Positions 63,090-64,000 of a stretch of 64,000 nucleotides of DNA are shown here, piece after piece. Under the pieces are notes generated by a model. That model was not told where the DNA came from, searched no databases, and worked only from the letters and a program-made list of their open reading frames with translations. The stretch comes from Mobula hypostoma (lineage: Eukaryota): positions 64,296,001-64,360,000 of the forward strand of contig NC_086108.1 of the NCBI RefSeq assembly GCF_963921235.1, read 5' to 3'. A program made the translations under genes and the position numbers. The number at the start of each line of letters is the position of its first letter. Positions within the stretch are counted from its first letter, which is position 1.

Positions 63090-63950
63090 AAATGAGACAT
63101 CTCTGGAGCAGGAGGTGTTCAGGAGCATCCTGGAGGTTGAAAAGTTCATTGATGCGATTTTTATTGAGGTGGTCACAGCCAGAGCGCCGGCTCCAGGTAA
63201 TAGGTGGGTAAAAACCAGGAGAACTAAGGGGTGTAAACAGTCAGTGCATGGTTCCTCTGTGGCCATTCCCCTCAGCAATGAGTATACCCCTTTGGATACT
63301 GTGCAAGGTGGGGTGATGACCTATCAGAGCACAGTAGCAGCAGTCAGACCAGTGGCACTGTGGCTGGCTCTGAGGCTCAGAACAGAAGGGTAAAGTCAGG
63401 CAGATGATATTGATAGGAGACTCGATAGTTAGGGGGATGGACAGGAGATTCTGTGGCCGCAAAAAAGACGCCAGGATGGTGTGTTGCCACCCAGGTACTA
63501 GGGTCCAGGATGTCTCAGAGCAGCTGCAGAATATTCTCCATTGGGAGGGTAAGCAGCCAGAATAGAGTGGAGATCTGATAGAGATTTATAAGATTATTGG
63601 AGCTGAGACAGTACCTTTTCCCCATGTTTGAAATGTCTAATACCAGGGTCGGGCATTTAACGTGAGAGGGGGTAAATTCAAAGGCAATGTGAGAGGCAAA
63701 TCTTTTACACAGAGAGTGCTGGGTACCTGGAATGTGCTGCCTGGGGAGGTGTTAGAGGCAGATACATTAGAGACTTTTAAGATACATTTAACTAGGCAGA
63801 TGAATGTGAAGAAAAGGGGAGGATTTGTACATTTTGTAGGCAGAGGGGTTTAGATTAGTTGGCTCTTTGATTACGAATTTATTTTGATTCAGTACAACAT
63901 TGTGTGCCGAAGGGCCCACTCCTGTACTCCACTGTTCTGTGTTCTGAGAA
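63090..63950 (+). mobile_element. CR1 ORF1 fragment with SGNH esterase block I joined directly to a CR1 3' end
   Basis: VAIPLSNEYTPL; from 63404 MILIGDSIVRGMDRRFCGRKKDARMVCCHPGTRVQDVSEQLQNIL; from about 63565 GDLIEIYKI and RGKSFTQRVLGTWNVLP. Confidence 0.88.
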
Positions 63951-64000
63951 GATAGGAACAGGATGAGGCCACACAGCACCTCAAGACAGCCTTGCTATTC

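Noticed and set aside
1..64000. CRISPR array, operon or prokaryotic defence system
   Set aside because: No regularly spaced repeat-spacer array and no gene-dense coding structure; the sequence is vertebrate repeat-rich DNA.

Overview
Eukaryotic, AT-rich, CpG-depleted vertebrate DNA, most likely intronic or intergenic sequence from a cartilaginous fish. That assignment is inferred from the repeat mix: HER1-like CR1 LINEs, V-SINEs, Rex1/Babar LINEs and Penelope-like elements (PLEs). I found no host protein-coding exon, RNA gene, CRISPR array or prokaryotic system that I can support. Nearly all long ORFs are retroelement fragments or their antisense frames. Roughly half the window is retroelement debris, often nested. 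It includes one young CR1 with an unbroken 409-aa RT ORF fragment, several Rex1/Babar families, a HERO-like R2-superfamily element (zinc knuckle plus restriction-like endonuclease), a CR1 ORF1 SGNH-esterase fragment, tRNA-derived SINEs and hAT-type MITEs. The most interesting signal is in the PLE terminal repeats, which carry a minimal type I hammerhead-ribozyme motif. Its core is intact at 15094-15131 and 45161-45198, with structure-compatible variation between copies. Several tiny insertions consist only of this terminus folded back as an inverted repeat, two of them between 13-14 bp target-site duplications (TSDs). Repeat-free blocks rich in homeodomain, POU and TCF/SOX-like motifs may be conserved non-coding elements. 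Repeat boundaries are approximate unless a TSD is given.
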